From an uncultured virus (IMG/VR IMGVR_UViG_3300043105_000228) (lineage: Duplodnaviria > Heunggongvirae > Uroviricota > Caudoviricetes), in IMG/VR virus record IMGVR_UViG_3300043105_000228: a stretch of DNA of 64,000 bases; one strand, given 5' to 3'. A program made the position numbers and the translations under genes. Each line of letters opens with the position of its first letter. Within the stretch, counting starts at the first letter, position 1. The notes below the pieces were generated by a model. The model searched no databases and was not told the origin of the DNA. It saw only the letters and a program-made list of their open reading frames with translations. Shown piece by piece: positions 9,968 to 18,359 of this stretch.

Positions 9968-11290
9968 ATGGCGAGTTTTGTAAATGATCAATATCAGGTC
10001 CGACTTCACGATATTAGTGAAGAGGGTAATATGGTCGACATTATGCCTGTCAATACATCAGAAGATGTTTACATCAGAGGTGTAAGCGAAGAAGGTACGT
10101 TAACTTTACCCGGGGACTCAGATTATACAACTCTTACAGCAACCCTAAGTAACATACGAAAATGGCTATATAATTTATCATCTACAGCAAAAGAAGTACG
10201 TATTGTATCTGATAACAAAAAAGATGAGAGTCTTATAAATATACCCAGTACTGTTGTAACGACTGAGTTATCAAAAGAGATTGATGCTCTTAGTGATGAA
10301 GTCGATAGATACCATACTGAGTTAACAAATGCTGATAAGACTCATGCTGATACAAAAGCAACTGCTTCGACATATGCACATGTGAAGTTATCTGATGAGT
10401 ATAAAACCAAAGTCAATAACGGTGCCGCAGCTAATGCTATAGCACCATCACAAAATGCATTATATGATGGCTGGAAAGATTTAGAAGATAGAAAAGCACC
10501 TAATGTCCATAATGCAACTAATAAAGCTACGTATGGTGGTGCAACCTCTACGAACTATGGTCATGTAATAACGCAAGATGATTATACAAAAGATTCCTCT
10601 GATACTGCAATGGTTCCATCACAGCATGGAATGAAAGCTTTATATGATAAAACTACTGAATTGGTAGACGATGCTTGGACTGGTTCAGGTGGTATTAATA
10701 GCAAAGCACCTAAGTACCATGCAGATACAGAAACTACATATGGTGTAGGTACAACTACAAAATATGGACATCTCAAAATTTCAGATGCATATAATGAGGA
10801 TACTCAGGAAACATCTGGAAAGTCAGTCAATGGCGTAGCAGCATCAAGTTGGGCTGTAAAACGATGCTATGATGCAGCAATATCTGTAATGACAGGTAAG
10901 CTGAATGGACACATTGACGAGAAGGCAACATCTACGAAATTTTCGCATGTTGCTCTTACTGACGTATATACAGTTAATTCAGGTGCAGCAAACTCAGGTT
11001 ATGGAGCATCTTCAAAAGCACTGTATGATGCATATAATGCAGCTATATCAGCCCTAACAACCCATTCAAATGTAAAGTCAACAGCTTCTGTTTATGGTCA
11101 CGTAGCATTATCTGACACATATAACAGCAAAGTAGATGAAGGTGATGCAGCTAATGCATTAGGAGCTTCTCAGAATGCTCTGTTTAATGCATATGATGAG
11201 ATTGATACTAGGATGGGTACACAAATTAGAATCAACGATATACAACCTACTGAAACTGGTGTTGTATGGTTAAAAATAGATTCGAGATAA
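9968..11290 (+). CDS. Tail fibre-like protein with five (Y/F)(G/A/S)H(V/L)xLSD repeats
   Basis: Repeats YAHVKLSD, YGHVITQD, YGHLKISD, FSHVALTD, YGHVALSD, each followed by an A(P/A)SQ/K-ALY-type helix, characteristic of phage tail fibre repeats. Confidence 0.75.
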   Translation: MASFVNDQYQVRLHDISEEGNMVDIMPVNTSEDVYIRGVSEEGTLTLPGDSDYTTLTATLSNIRKWLYNLSSTAKEVRIVSDNKKDESLINIPSTVVTTELSKEIDALSDEVDRYHTELTNADKTHADTKATASTYAHVKLSDEYKTKVNNGAAANAIAPSQNALYDGWKDLEDRKAPNVHNATNKATYGGATSTNYGHVITQDDYTKDSSDTAMVPSQHGMKALYDKTTELVDDAWTGSGGINSKAPKYHADTETTYGVGTTTKYGHLKISDAYNEDTQETSGKSVNGVAASSWAVKRCYDAAISVMTGKLNGHIDEKATSTKFSHVALTDVYTVNSGAANSGYGASSKALYDAYNAAISALTTHSNVKSTASVYGHVALSDTYNSKVDEGDAANALGASQNALFNAYDEIDTRMGTQIRINDIQPTETGVVWLKIDSR

Positions 11291-11291
11291 G

Positions 11292-11331
11292 AAAAAAGAA
11301 GACTAGGTAAATTAATACCTAGTCTTCTTTA
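11292..11331. terminator. Bidirectional intrinsic terminator
   Basis: AAGAAGACTAGGTA/TACCTAGTCTTCTT between convergent genes. Confidence 0.8.
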
Positions 11332-11601
11332 TTATTCCATTGCGAGTTTCTTTGCAGTTGGTTTTATCCAACCAATACGTCTAAGCAGTTTTCCTAATGA
11401 TTCATTCCACTCACCTATTATAGGTTGTGAACCACGAACCATATTCATCTGACCATCGTCTTTGCACAGCACACATCTTTCACGTAAATATGTAGAACTC
11501 GGTGCTGTTTCAAATTCGAGTTTTAAGAAGTATCCTCTTTCGTTAAGAATCTTCTCATGAGAGCTCAACTTTGCTGTCTTTGTGGTATATCCTACTGTCA
11601 T
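11332..11601 (-). CDS. 89-aa hypothetical protein
   Basis: ORF with SD CAGGAG. Confidence 0.6.
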   Translation of the reverse strand: MTVGYTTKTAKLSSHEKILNERGYFLKLEFETAPSSTYLRERCVLCKDDGQMNMVRGSQPIIGEWNESLGKLLRRIGWIKPTAKKLAME

Positions 11602-11793
11602 TTCTACTCCTGTCTTGGTAGCCTTATATATAGAGGTGAATTTACTACCAACCCCTTTTTAGTATGTAATATATTCAGTTTTCCCCGATAGATTTATTCT
11701 TCAGGTTATTTAAATATTATATCACTCATAATTTTTAATATAACCAGTAAAAATGGAAGATGCATAAATAATATCTGCATCTTCCATTTGGTT

Positions 11794-12681
11794 CTATTTA
11801 TGGTTTGGCTTATTGCCGCCAACAAGTCTGTGTGCCATTGTTGAAACACCATTTGACTTTGACATCATGATCTTTCTCAAATACTTCTTTGCTCTCTTCA
11901 TAGCCTGAGCATGATATTTGCGTCTCCACTGAGCTCTGATCTTTCTTCTGATAGCATAAACCTTCATCATCTTAGCATAGTAAGAATCATGATGAAGTCT
12001 TGCTTCGATCTGAAGTGAAATCTCATACAACTGGCGAAGTCTAGCCTTCTTTGTCATCTTGTACTTTCTTCCTTCAGGTGCAAACTTTGCACTCTCTGTG
12101 AAGATACCGTCAAAATCGTCGTTAGATATAGCCTCTTCAAGATAAGCATCTGATATTAATCCCTCAGCAACTGCTGTATAGATGTCACCTGATTCTACAA
12201 AATCATCATACTCATCATCTGTGAGAGTATTCTCGATTAAATCAGGTGTAGCAATAGCCTCTAAAAGTCTATCACCCTGAGCATCTGCATCTGGAGTAAG
12301 TGGAGCAACGTCCTCACCGTCTTCTGTTCCGCACTCAGATTCACCGCACTCGTTGCCATTACCGCATTCCTCTTCATCATCTGGAACATCATCAAGATCG
12401 TCATCATCACCTATGCCGTCCATAGCACCAGCAGAAGCAGCTGCAGCTGCATTGTACTCGTTCTCAAGTTCAGAGAGATCATCATCGTCATCATCGTCAG
12501 GATCACCTGAATCTCCTGTTGTAATAGTTGAAAGCATTGCGTCTATATCATCATCGCCATCGCCTTCTTCATCAAAGTCAGGAACTTCCATCTTATCAAG
12601 ATCGCTTGTATCTAGGTCGAGATCGTCATCACCGCTTTCGCCGTATAGACTACCATAAATTTCGCGTTCTAAATCAGTCAT
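11794..12681 (-). CDS. 295-aa bipolar protein (very acidic N-terminal ~195 aa, very basic C-terminal ~100 aa); candidate internal head protein
   Basis: SD AAAGGAG, late promoter AACT-TGTGTA-TA at 12749..12738, many xxE-(S/A/G) motifs ending at FTESA just before the basic domain. Confidence 0.7.
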   Translation of the reverse strand: MTDLEREIYGSLYGESGDDDLDLDTSDLDKMEVPDFDEEGDGDDDIDAMLSTITTGDSGDPDDDDDDDLSELENEYNAAAAASAGAMDGIGDDDDLDDVPDDEEECGNGNECGESECGTEDGEDVAPLTPDADAQGDRLLEAIATPDLIENTLTDDEYDDFVESGDIYTAVAEGLISDAYLEEAISNDDFDGIFTESAKFAPEGRKYKMTKKARLRQLYEISLQIEARLHHDSYYAKMMKVYAIRRKIRAQWRRKYHAQAMKRAKKYLRKIMMSKSNGVSTMAHRLVGGNKPNHK

Positions 12682-12803
12682 AATTTAAAATCTCCTTTCT
12701 TATAAGTATGGCTTATTTGAATGTTACCAGCCATCTTTATACACAAGTTTTCTTTTTAAGCTTCTACCAAAGGAAAAAAGAACGGTTTCCCGTTCTTTTT
12801 ATT

Positions 12804-13055
12804 TTAGTCTTCATCCTCATCATCTTCATCATCCTTGCTATTTAAAGCTTGGGCTGTTGATGCGACTATACTAACCTTTGTTGTAAATTCTGGTACCACT
12901 CGATCAAAGTATTCACTCGCTAGCGACCCTACTTTAATTGCTGCAAATGCAGCGGCACTAAGTACTAGACCTGTCATTATAGGTTCAGGCTTAATGCCAG
13001 ATGGACCAATAAAGCTATTGAATCTTGGTGTGGGAGTTGGCTGAGCTTTCTTCAT
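12804..13055 (-). CDS. 83-aa small protein with hydrophobic segment and acidic tail
   Basis: ORF follows 13059..13262 and is followed by a terminator (12775-12800). Confidence 0.65.
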   Translation of the reverse strand: MKKAQPTPTPRFNSFIGPSGIKPEPIMTGLVLSAAAFAAIKVGSLASEYFDRVVPEFTTKVSIVASTAQALNSKDDEDDEDED

Positions 13056-13058
13056 ACT

Positions 13059-13262
13059 TTATTTCCCACCTTTCCACCATGATCTTGGAGCACTGGGTTC
13101 TGGTGCCTTTGGTCTTGCTAATATATCCTTTGCATCATCTGCAAATTTTTCTACATCACAGATTAATGCATTACCAGTTATGCATACAGCTTCAGCAGCC
13201 ATTAATGCAGCTCCTACAACAAAGATACCTTTTGCAACTTTTCCTATGCTTTCTTTCACCAT
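13059..13262 (-). CDS. 67-aa small membrane-associated protein
   Basis: SD AAGGAGG; hydrophobic GIFVVGAALMAAEAVCI. Confidence 0.65.
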   Translation of the reverse strand: MVKESIGKVAKGIFVVGAALMAAEAVCITGNALICDVEKFADDAKDILARPKAPEPSAPRSWWKGGK

Positions 13263-13311
13263 TATATTTTCCTCCTTATAACGATAATTCTTATAATATT
13301 ACTATTAGATA

Positions 13312-13656
13312 TTACATCATTATTTCTTCAGGCATTTTTACCTTAGGGAATATTTTTACCACTGGTGTACTTTCCTTTATTAATCTTTCTTCTCGTTCTT
13401 GCTTCATCTGATTAATATATGGAGCCCATTTCTCATCCAATTCATCATCTTGAATTTCATCTTCTAATGCTTCTGGGAATTCCATAGTAGCAAAGTTATA
13501 AAGATTTACAATATCTGTGGAGGTAACACCGAACTTTCCGTCGATTTTCCCTGTAGTTCTGCTAATCATATAACGTCTAATAGGGTCAAACTTTCTAAAT
13601 AGTTTCTGTATAGCAGGGGTTACCAGTGCTATTGAGTTTATGATATCTCCATCAAA
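13312..13656 (-). CDS. rpoC: RNA polymerase beta-prime N-terminal subunit, exon 2 (starts FDGDIINSIALVTP...)
   Basis: Frame open from TTT GAT GGA GAT at 13656 into the 13312..13569 ORF; completes the catalytic NADFDGD motif. Confidence 0.9.
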   Translation of the reverse strand, partial: FDGDIINSIALVTPAIQKLFRKFDPIRRYMISRTTGKIDGKFGVTSTDIVNLYNFATMEFPEALEDEIQDDELDEKWAPYINQMKQEREERLIKESTPVVKIFPKVKMPEEIMM

Positions 13657-14081
13657 TGATCGGACTTTTTTATCTAAGTAAATACCTAGACTAAAAGATC
13701 ATTCCAACCGGACTATCTCTTCACCCTTAGTAGTTATTCTAAGGAGTGTTGTGCGCTTCGGTCTTAACCCACAGATTAAAACCTACAATCATTTTACAAA
13801 TGACCTCAGTATTTATAGCAACTCATCAAATACTGATAAATAGTCTCTACACCTTCCCACCAATCTTACTTGATTGATTTCGCTTGGCACGGATATTCGT
13901 TGCTATCCATTTCTGGACCGTAACATCTCTTACGAAGCGTATTCGCGTAGTTTGCCTCTACCTTATTTAACTTCTACCGTTAGCATGCTATTCTCTGGGA
14001 ATAACACACACCGCTTGTTGGGCGTTCACACAATTCTACATGCATGTTACCATGCACTCGGACCTTGTTGGAGATTAGTTG
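13657..14081 (-). mobile_element. Group I self-splicing intron (IA-like, 425 nt, no homing endonuclease ORF)
   Basis: P7 elements GUAGAGACUA (13850..13841) and GAAGAGAUAGUCC (13722..13710); P3 UUGUGUG/CGCACAA; Q-like AUCCGUGCCAAGC; extra stems between P7 and P3; IGS AUCUCCAACAAG-GUCCG (14075..14059) pairs exon 1 CGGAU (U.G at the splice site) and exon 2 UUUGAUGGAGAU. Confidence 0.92.
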
Positions 14082-15344
14082 ATCCGCATTTAAACCTGTC
14101 AAAATAGTTTCTGGCAAAGACAGGGTTTCCTTTTTCTCAGGAGTCTTGATATAGGCTATCTTCATTCTAAGTAATGAATATAGATTAAGAGTCGGATTTC
14201 TGTTGATAAGAATCATTGGATTCTCCGTCTCTAGAATATAATTCATTATGTCATATACATGCTGATCAAACTTAAGTGAAGATTGCCAACGTGTATATGC
14301 TGCAGCTAATGAAATATCATCATTAGTCATCAAATGATAAATAATCCTGTACTTGTAAAGTACTCTAAACGCCTGATAAGGAAGTCCAACTTCGTTCATT
14401 CTTAAAGTTGGATCTGGAATAATAACCATTCGTGATGTATAATTTAATGCACCTGAAATAAGTTTATTCCTGATAAATCCTTCCTTCTTATTAATCTGCT
14501 CAAAGTTATAATCCCAGATACGATTTACTCGTTTCTGAATACTCTGTTGGATGAGAGGTTTCTCAATCTCTTCACAACTTCGTATTGACTCTGTTAGATT
14601 AAAGAGAGGATGGATGTCTTTCTCTATACCGTTGAAGTATAGGGTATCACTTGTTGCTGATATTGGACGGAGTGCAGTTGTATAGATAGGAATATGATGA
14701 ATGAAAGCCTTGTCCTTATTTGCTTTGCAGTATTCAATCTCATCAAATTTCTTTCTCTTCTTAGCAAAGTAATCTAAGACTTCATCATATTTCTCATAGA
14801 ATCCATCTATACCAATTAAGTCATATGGACTAATTGGGTCATAATCTACTCCTGCGATTGCTTCTCTACGCATACCGTCCTTGTCAACTCGTTCTATAGG
14901 AGATATCATTAAAGTAAATGCTTTCTCACCAAGTATCTTAGTAAACATCTTATACCAGTGAGGATTGATAACTACGTTATCACCGAGCATAAACCATCCT
15001 GTCATCTTGATATTAAGAGGTCTAGCCTCTACCTTAGTACCACAGAATGGACAGATTTCTCCTTCAAACTGTTGTCCTTTAAATTCTCCACACTTACAAC
15101 GGTGTCTCTCCATGAATGCTTGCTCATCTTCATAAGAGGTTCCAAAGAGTGGTGAGTTAGAACCAAATTGGGATTTTGTTATTTTACCCTCTAGGGTAAC
15201 AGCTGCAGACTGGGTTATAATAAACCCATCTCCTGTAGCTACTGAGTTATAAAACCAAGTATCCCAATTTAATCTTGGAAATATAACCTTTCTATTTTTT
15301 CGTTTCTTTCTTGAGGCTTTAAACCTCTTCTGCTTATCTGTCAT
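14082..15344 (-). CDS. rpoC: RNA polymerase beta-prime N-terminal subunit, exon 1 (spliced product ~535 aa; probably non-virion RNAP)
   Basis: Zn-finger CKCG...CPFC, KEGFIR..., YTSRMVI, LINRNPTL, GLNAD at the exon end; early-type motif TATATTAT upstream. Confidence 0.9.
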
Positions 15345-15375
15345 AAAATGACCCTCCTTTTACTACTGCGTATCT

Positions 15376-15383
15376 ATAATATA
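15376..15383 (-). promoter_or_regulatory. Putative early promoter motif TATATTAT (also 50779..50772, 60599..60592; variant ATATAATAT at 11722..11714, 29895..29887, 44592..44584, 57733..57725)
   Basis: Recurs upstream of non-structural genes, often directly after a terminator or stop codon; resembles phiKZ/AR9 early promoters. AT-rich, so chance matches are possible. Confidence 0.5.
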
Positions 15384-15387
15384 TAAA

Positions 15388-17988
15388 TTAATCCCAACTT
15401 ATCGGAATGGTGCTAGCTTCGAGATTATCAAGATTAATAACATCAGTCGGGTATTGATTAAACATCTGATTGTGTGTTATAAGGAATGCCTGATTGATAT
15501 TACTGATTGCTAATTGCTCTTCTAGTACGGGAATAGTCTTTTGCCTATTATCATCATCAAAGACACTATCTACTTCATCATATAAGGCTATATTATATTT
15601 CTCCATACACTGGGCTCTAAGTGCTGAACTTATTGCCATATTAAAGAAACTCTTTTCACCTTGTGATGCGAGAGAAGCATCTGATATCTCTACTCCATTT
15701 TTCACATAAGGGATTCTGAATGCATCTTCATTGATTTCAAATTTACACAAATAAATCGAACCATCATATACGATATCAAGTAATCTATTTGCGATATCAA
15801 CTGTATCTTGGAAATATACTTCCATATAGAATAATGGTAAACCATTTCTATTAGAAGTTGCATACTTAATATTTTCCACTAGACTTAATTTATCTGCATA
15901 TTTTTGTAAATCTTTGCTAAGTGTCTGGTATCTATCCAGAGCATTTTTAGTAGTAGTTAATTGGGTTTTTAACCTTTCACTTCTAGCTGATAATTCAGAT
16001 ATAGAAGCATTGCAGGTAGCTAATTTTGTATGTGCCTGTCTGTCCTTTATGGATTTCTCAGACAAATCAAATAGCTCTTTCTTTTTACCCTCGTATTCTT
16101 CTAGGGCTTCTTTCTTCTTAAGGAGACCATCAATCTTATCTGTAAGAGAAGCTAACTCTTCTTTCTTATCAGAAAGATTATCAATCATCTCTTCTTTATC
16201 ACTAGTAATATAAGCAAACTTCTTTTCATCTTCTTCGAGCTTTCTTTTAAAATAAGCTTCTTTAGAATTAGCCTCTAATTCATTTAGAAGAGCTTCTTGA
16301 ACCTTGCACTCATTTTCTAAATTATAATATCTTTCTCTATCTGCTGAGAAATTCATCCATTTATCAATAATGGTATTATCATAGATTGGTTCAAGATTTC
16401 CTATATGGGAGAACATCTCCTCTATTAAGAAGATATCTGACAATTCCCTAGGTAATTTACTAGCAATAGGTTTAAGTTTATTGGTAATATCATCCAAAAT
16501 ATCACTTAGACCATTATATACAGCTTTCATTGAAATATAGAAAGTTTCATCCTTTGGTTGATAATTTGCATTTACTGGGGTTGCATCTTTAATAGACATT
16601 AAATCATTATAAAGACTTCTATAAGGGCAACCTAAATCAGAGCAGTTATTATTAACCTTTCCGCTATATGTATCAATAAGCTTATCTAGAATAGACATTT
16701 TATCTGGTCTTTTCTCAGACTCTAACTTTATCATGCAAGACGTAATAAAATCTGGTATATTAGAAGAATTTTGTCTCCACATTTTAAGGACTTCATTTAC
16801 AGGTCCTTTTCCATACTCGTAGAGATTATTAAGAAGCATCTGAGTATTCTTTAAAAATACTACAAAATCACTTAATTCATCATGAGATAAATCAAAACGA
16901 GTTTCATCAAACCTAGTTTCATAAGCATCATTTCTCATTCCCCTAAGTTCAATAACATGCTTTCTCATACTTGTAAGATTTAAAGACTTTTCTTCTTTCT
17001 CTATCTCAAGTTTATCATCATCTATATCATTAAGAATTTCATCTTGTCTAGTTATTATCGTATCTAGCTTAAACTGTATTCCTTCTATATCAGCTGAGAG
17101 TTTTATTCTCTTTATATTTAGCTCATCAACTTCTTTAGATACATTATCACTAGTATCATCTTCTGATAAGTCATCAATGATTTTCTCATACTTATCAATT
17201 TTTGCAGATAATTTGGACATAGTGCGTTCACCATCGTCAGGGAAGTCAATTATTTCAATCTCATATAAAATTCGACTTCTCTCATCAGTAAATTTGCTAA
17301 GTTCAGAGTCAACTCTTAAGATATCTTCTTCAAGATAAGAAATTGCTCTCTCAGCTTCATCTACATCATTTATACCAGTCTTAGTAATCTCATCAGTTAT
17401 ATGACCAATTACTGCTGATAATTCAGAAGATTGCTTTGCTTTCTTTTTATAGTATTTAAGGTAAATATCAATCTCCTCAAGTAGTTTACCCATAAATACT
17501 TTTCTCTCTGTACTTTTTGCTTTAATGAGATTGGAGACATTATCTCCTATTCTTACTAGACGTAAATAGTCTGAGTCTATTCCGAGTAATTCATAGACTA
17601 GTTGCTCAAAACTTCTTACATTACCATTCTCATTAAGCTCTTTCCCATCTACTTTTAAGTAGCTCTTTGTAGTATAGGTGTCTTTCTGTGGAAGATAATG
17701 ATGCTCTATTTCGTACTCAGTACCACTATCCTCTACGAATACAATTCTCTTGTATCCTTTTTCACCATCAATAATTAATTTGACACCAGTTCTGTCATCA
17801 ATATTGCCTAGACCAGAAAATGGTGTCATATAACTCAAGAGGCTAGTTTTTCCTCTTCCGTTTTTACCAATTATAACACAGACCACATTAGTCTGCTTAG
17901 TGAAGTCAATATTTAACCTCGTAACTCCTAGACCTGTAAATAAATTGGCGAAATTTACAAGCTCTATTTCTTTAAGTTTGATTCCCAT
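15388..17988 (-). CDS. sbcC: SbcC/Rad50-like SMC-family ATPase
   Basis: Walker A GKNGRGKTS, long coiled coils, central CSDLGCPY hook-like motif, signature ASQGEK, Walker B IALYDEVD, H-loop LITHN. Start moved to the ATG at 17988 after SD GAAAGGA. Confidence 0.9.
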   Translation of the reverse strand: MGIKLKEIELVNFANLFTGLGVTRLNIDFTKQTNVVCVIIGKNGRGKTSLLSYMTPFSGLGNIDDRTGVKLIIDGEKGYKRIVFVEDSGTEYEIEHHYLPQKDTYTTKSYLKVDGKELNENGNVRSFEQLVYELLGIDSDYLRLVRIGDNVSNLIKAKSTERKVFMGKLLEEIDIYLKYYKKKAKQSSELSAVIGHITDEITKTGINDVDEAERAISYLEEDILRVDSELSKFTDERSRILYEIEIIDFPDDGERTMSKLSAKIDKYEKIIDDLSEDDTSDNVSKEVDELNIKRIKLSADIEGIQFKLDTIITRQDEILNDIDDDKLEIEKEEKSLNLTSMRKHVIELRGMRNDAYETRFDETRFDLSHDELSDFVVFLKNTQMLLNNLYEYGKGPVNEVLKMWRQNSSNIPDFITSCMIKLESEKRPDKMSILDKLIDTYSGKVNNNCSDLGCPYRSLYNDLMSIKDATPVNANYQPKDETFYISMKAVYNGLSDILDDITNKLKPIASKLPRELSDIFLIEEMFSHIGNLEPIYDNTIIDKWMNFSADRERYYNLENECKVQEALLNELEANSKEAYFKRKLEEDEKKFAYITSDKEEMIDNLSDKKEELASLTDKIDGLLKKKEALEEYEGKKKELFDLSEKSIKDRQAHTKLATCNASISELSARSERLKTQLTTTKNALDRYQTLSKDLQKYADKLSLVENIKYATSNRNGLPLFYMEVYFQDTVDIANRLLDIVYDGSIYLCKFEINEDAFRIPYVKNGVEISDASLASQGEKSFFNMAISSALRAQCMEKYNIALYDEVDSVFDDDNRQKTIPVLEEQLAISNINQAFLITHNQMFNQYPTDVINLDNLEASTIPISWD

Positions 17989-18070
17989 AAATAATTTCCT
18001 TTCAGTCATTTATGTTACAGAATGGTGTTTTGATTTTTCATAATCAATTACTTACTCTGAACAAATAAAT

Positions 18071-18358
18071 AGCGATGGATTGCAGCAAAACTCCTTTGAC
18101 GCGGAGAAAATTAGTAAGTTTGGTGCAATAGTTTGGAGGCGGTCCTTCCTCCAAATAGAGTAGTACGACTGTTTGTTTGTTAGCAATATCCTCCTGTGTA
18201 ATTCGATCACTGCCTTTGAATTACATAGAATAAATAATATATGTATTGGAAAATGTTTAGTTGATTATCAGTTTATCCTGTTTTTTAGTGTGTATTGCAT
18301 TCATCGCTTAAATAAGAACCACAGATGATATTTTGCCAGTCATCTGTGGTTCTATTTT
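18071..18358 (+). ncRNA. Candidate structured small RNA A (~240-285 nt)
   Basis: AACA-AATAAA-TA promoter (18060-18071); 5' AGCGAUG pairs with CAUCGCU (18302-18308); three internal hairpins, one with two G.U pairs favouring the plus strand; terminator 18315-18358; no credible ORF. Confidence 0.6.
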
Positions 18359-18359
18359 T
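18315..18359. terminator. Bidirectional terminator
   Basis: 14-bp stem AGAACCACAGATGA/TCATCTGTGGTTCT. Confidence 0.8.

Noticed and set aside
13980..14081. C-terminal 33 aa (QLISNKVRVHG...) of the ORF-track 454-aa protein, and 13312..13569 as a separate gene
   Set aside because: The 33 codons are intron read-through, and the 85-aa ORF is the distal part of exon 2.
13874..14107. 77-aa plus-strand ORF as an intron-encoded homing endonuclease
   Set aside because: Antisense to the intron, too short, no HNH, GIY-YIG or LAGLIDADG motif.
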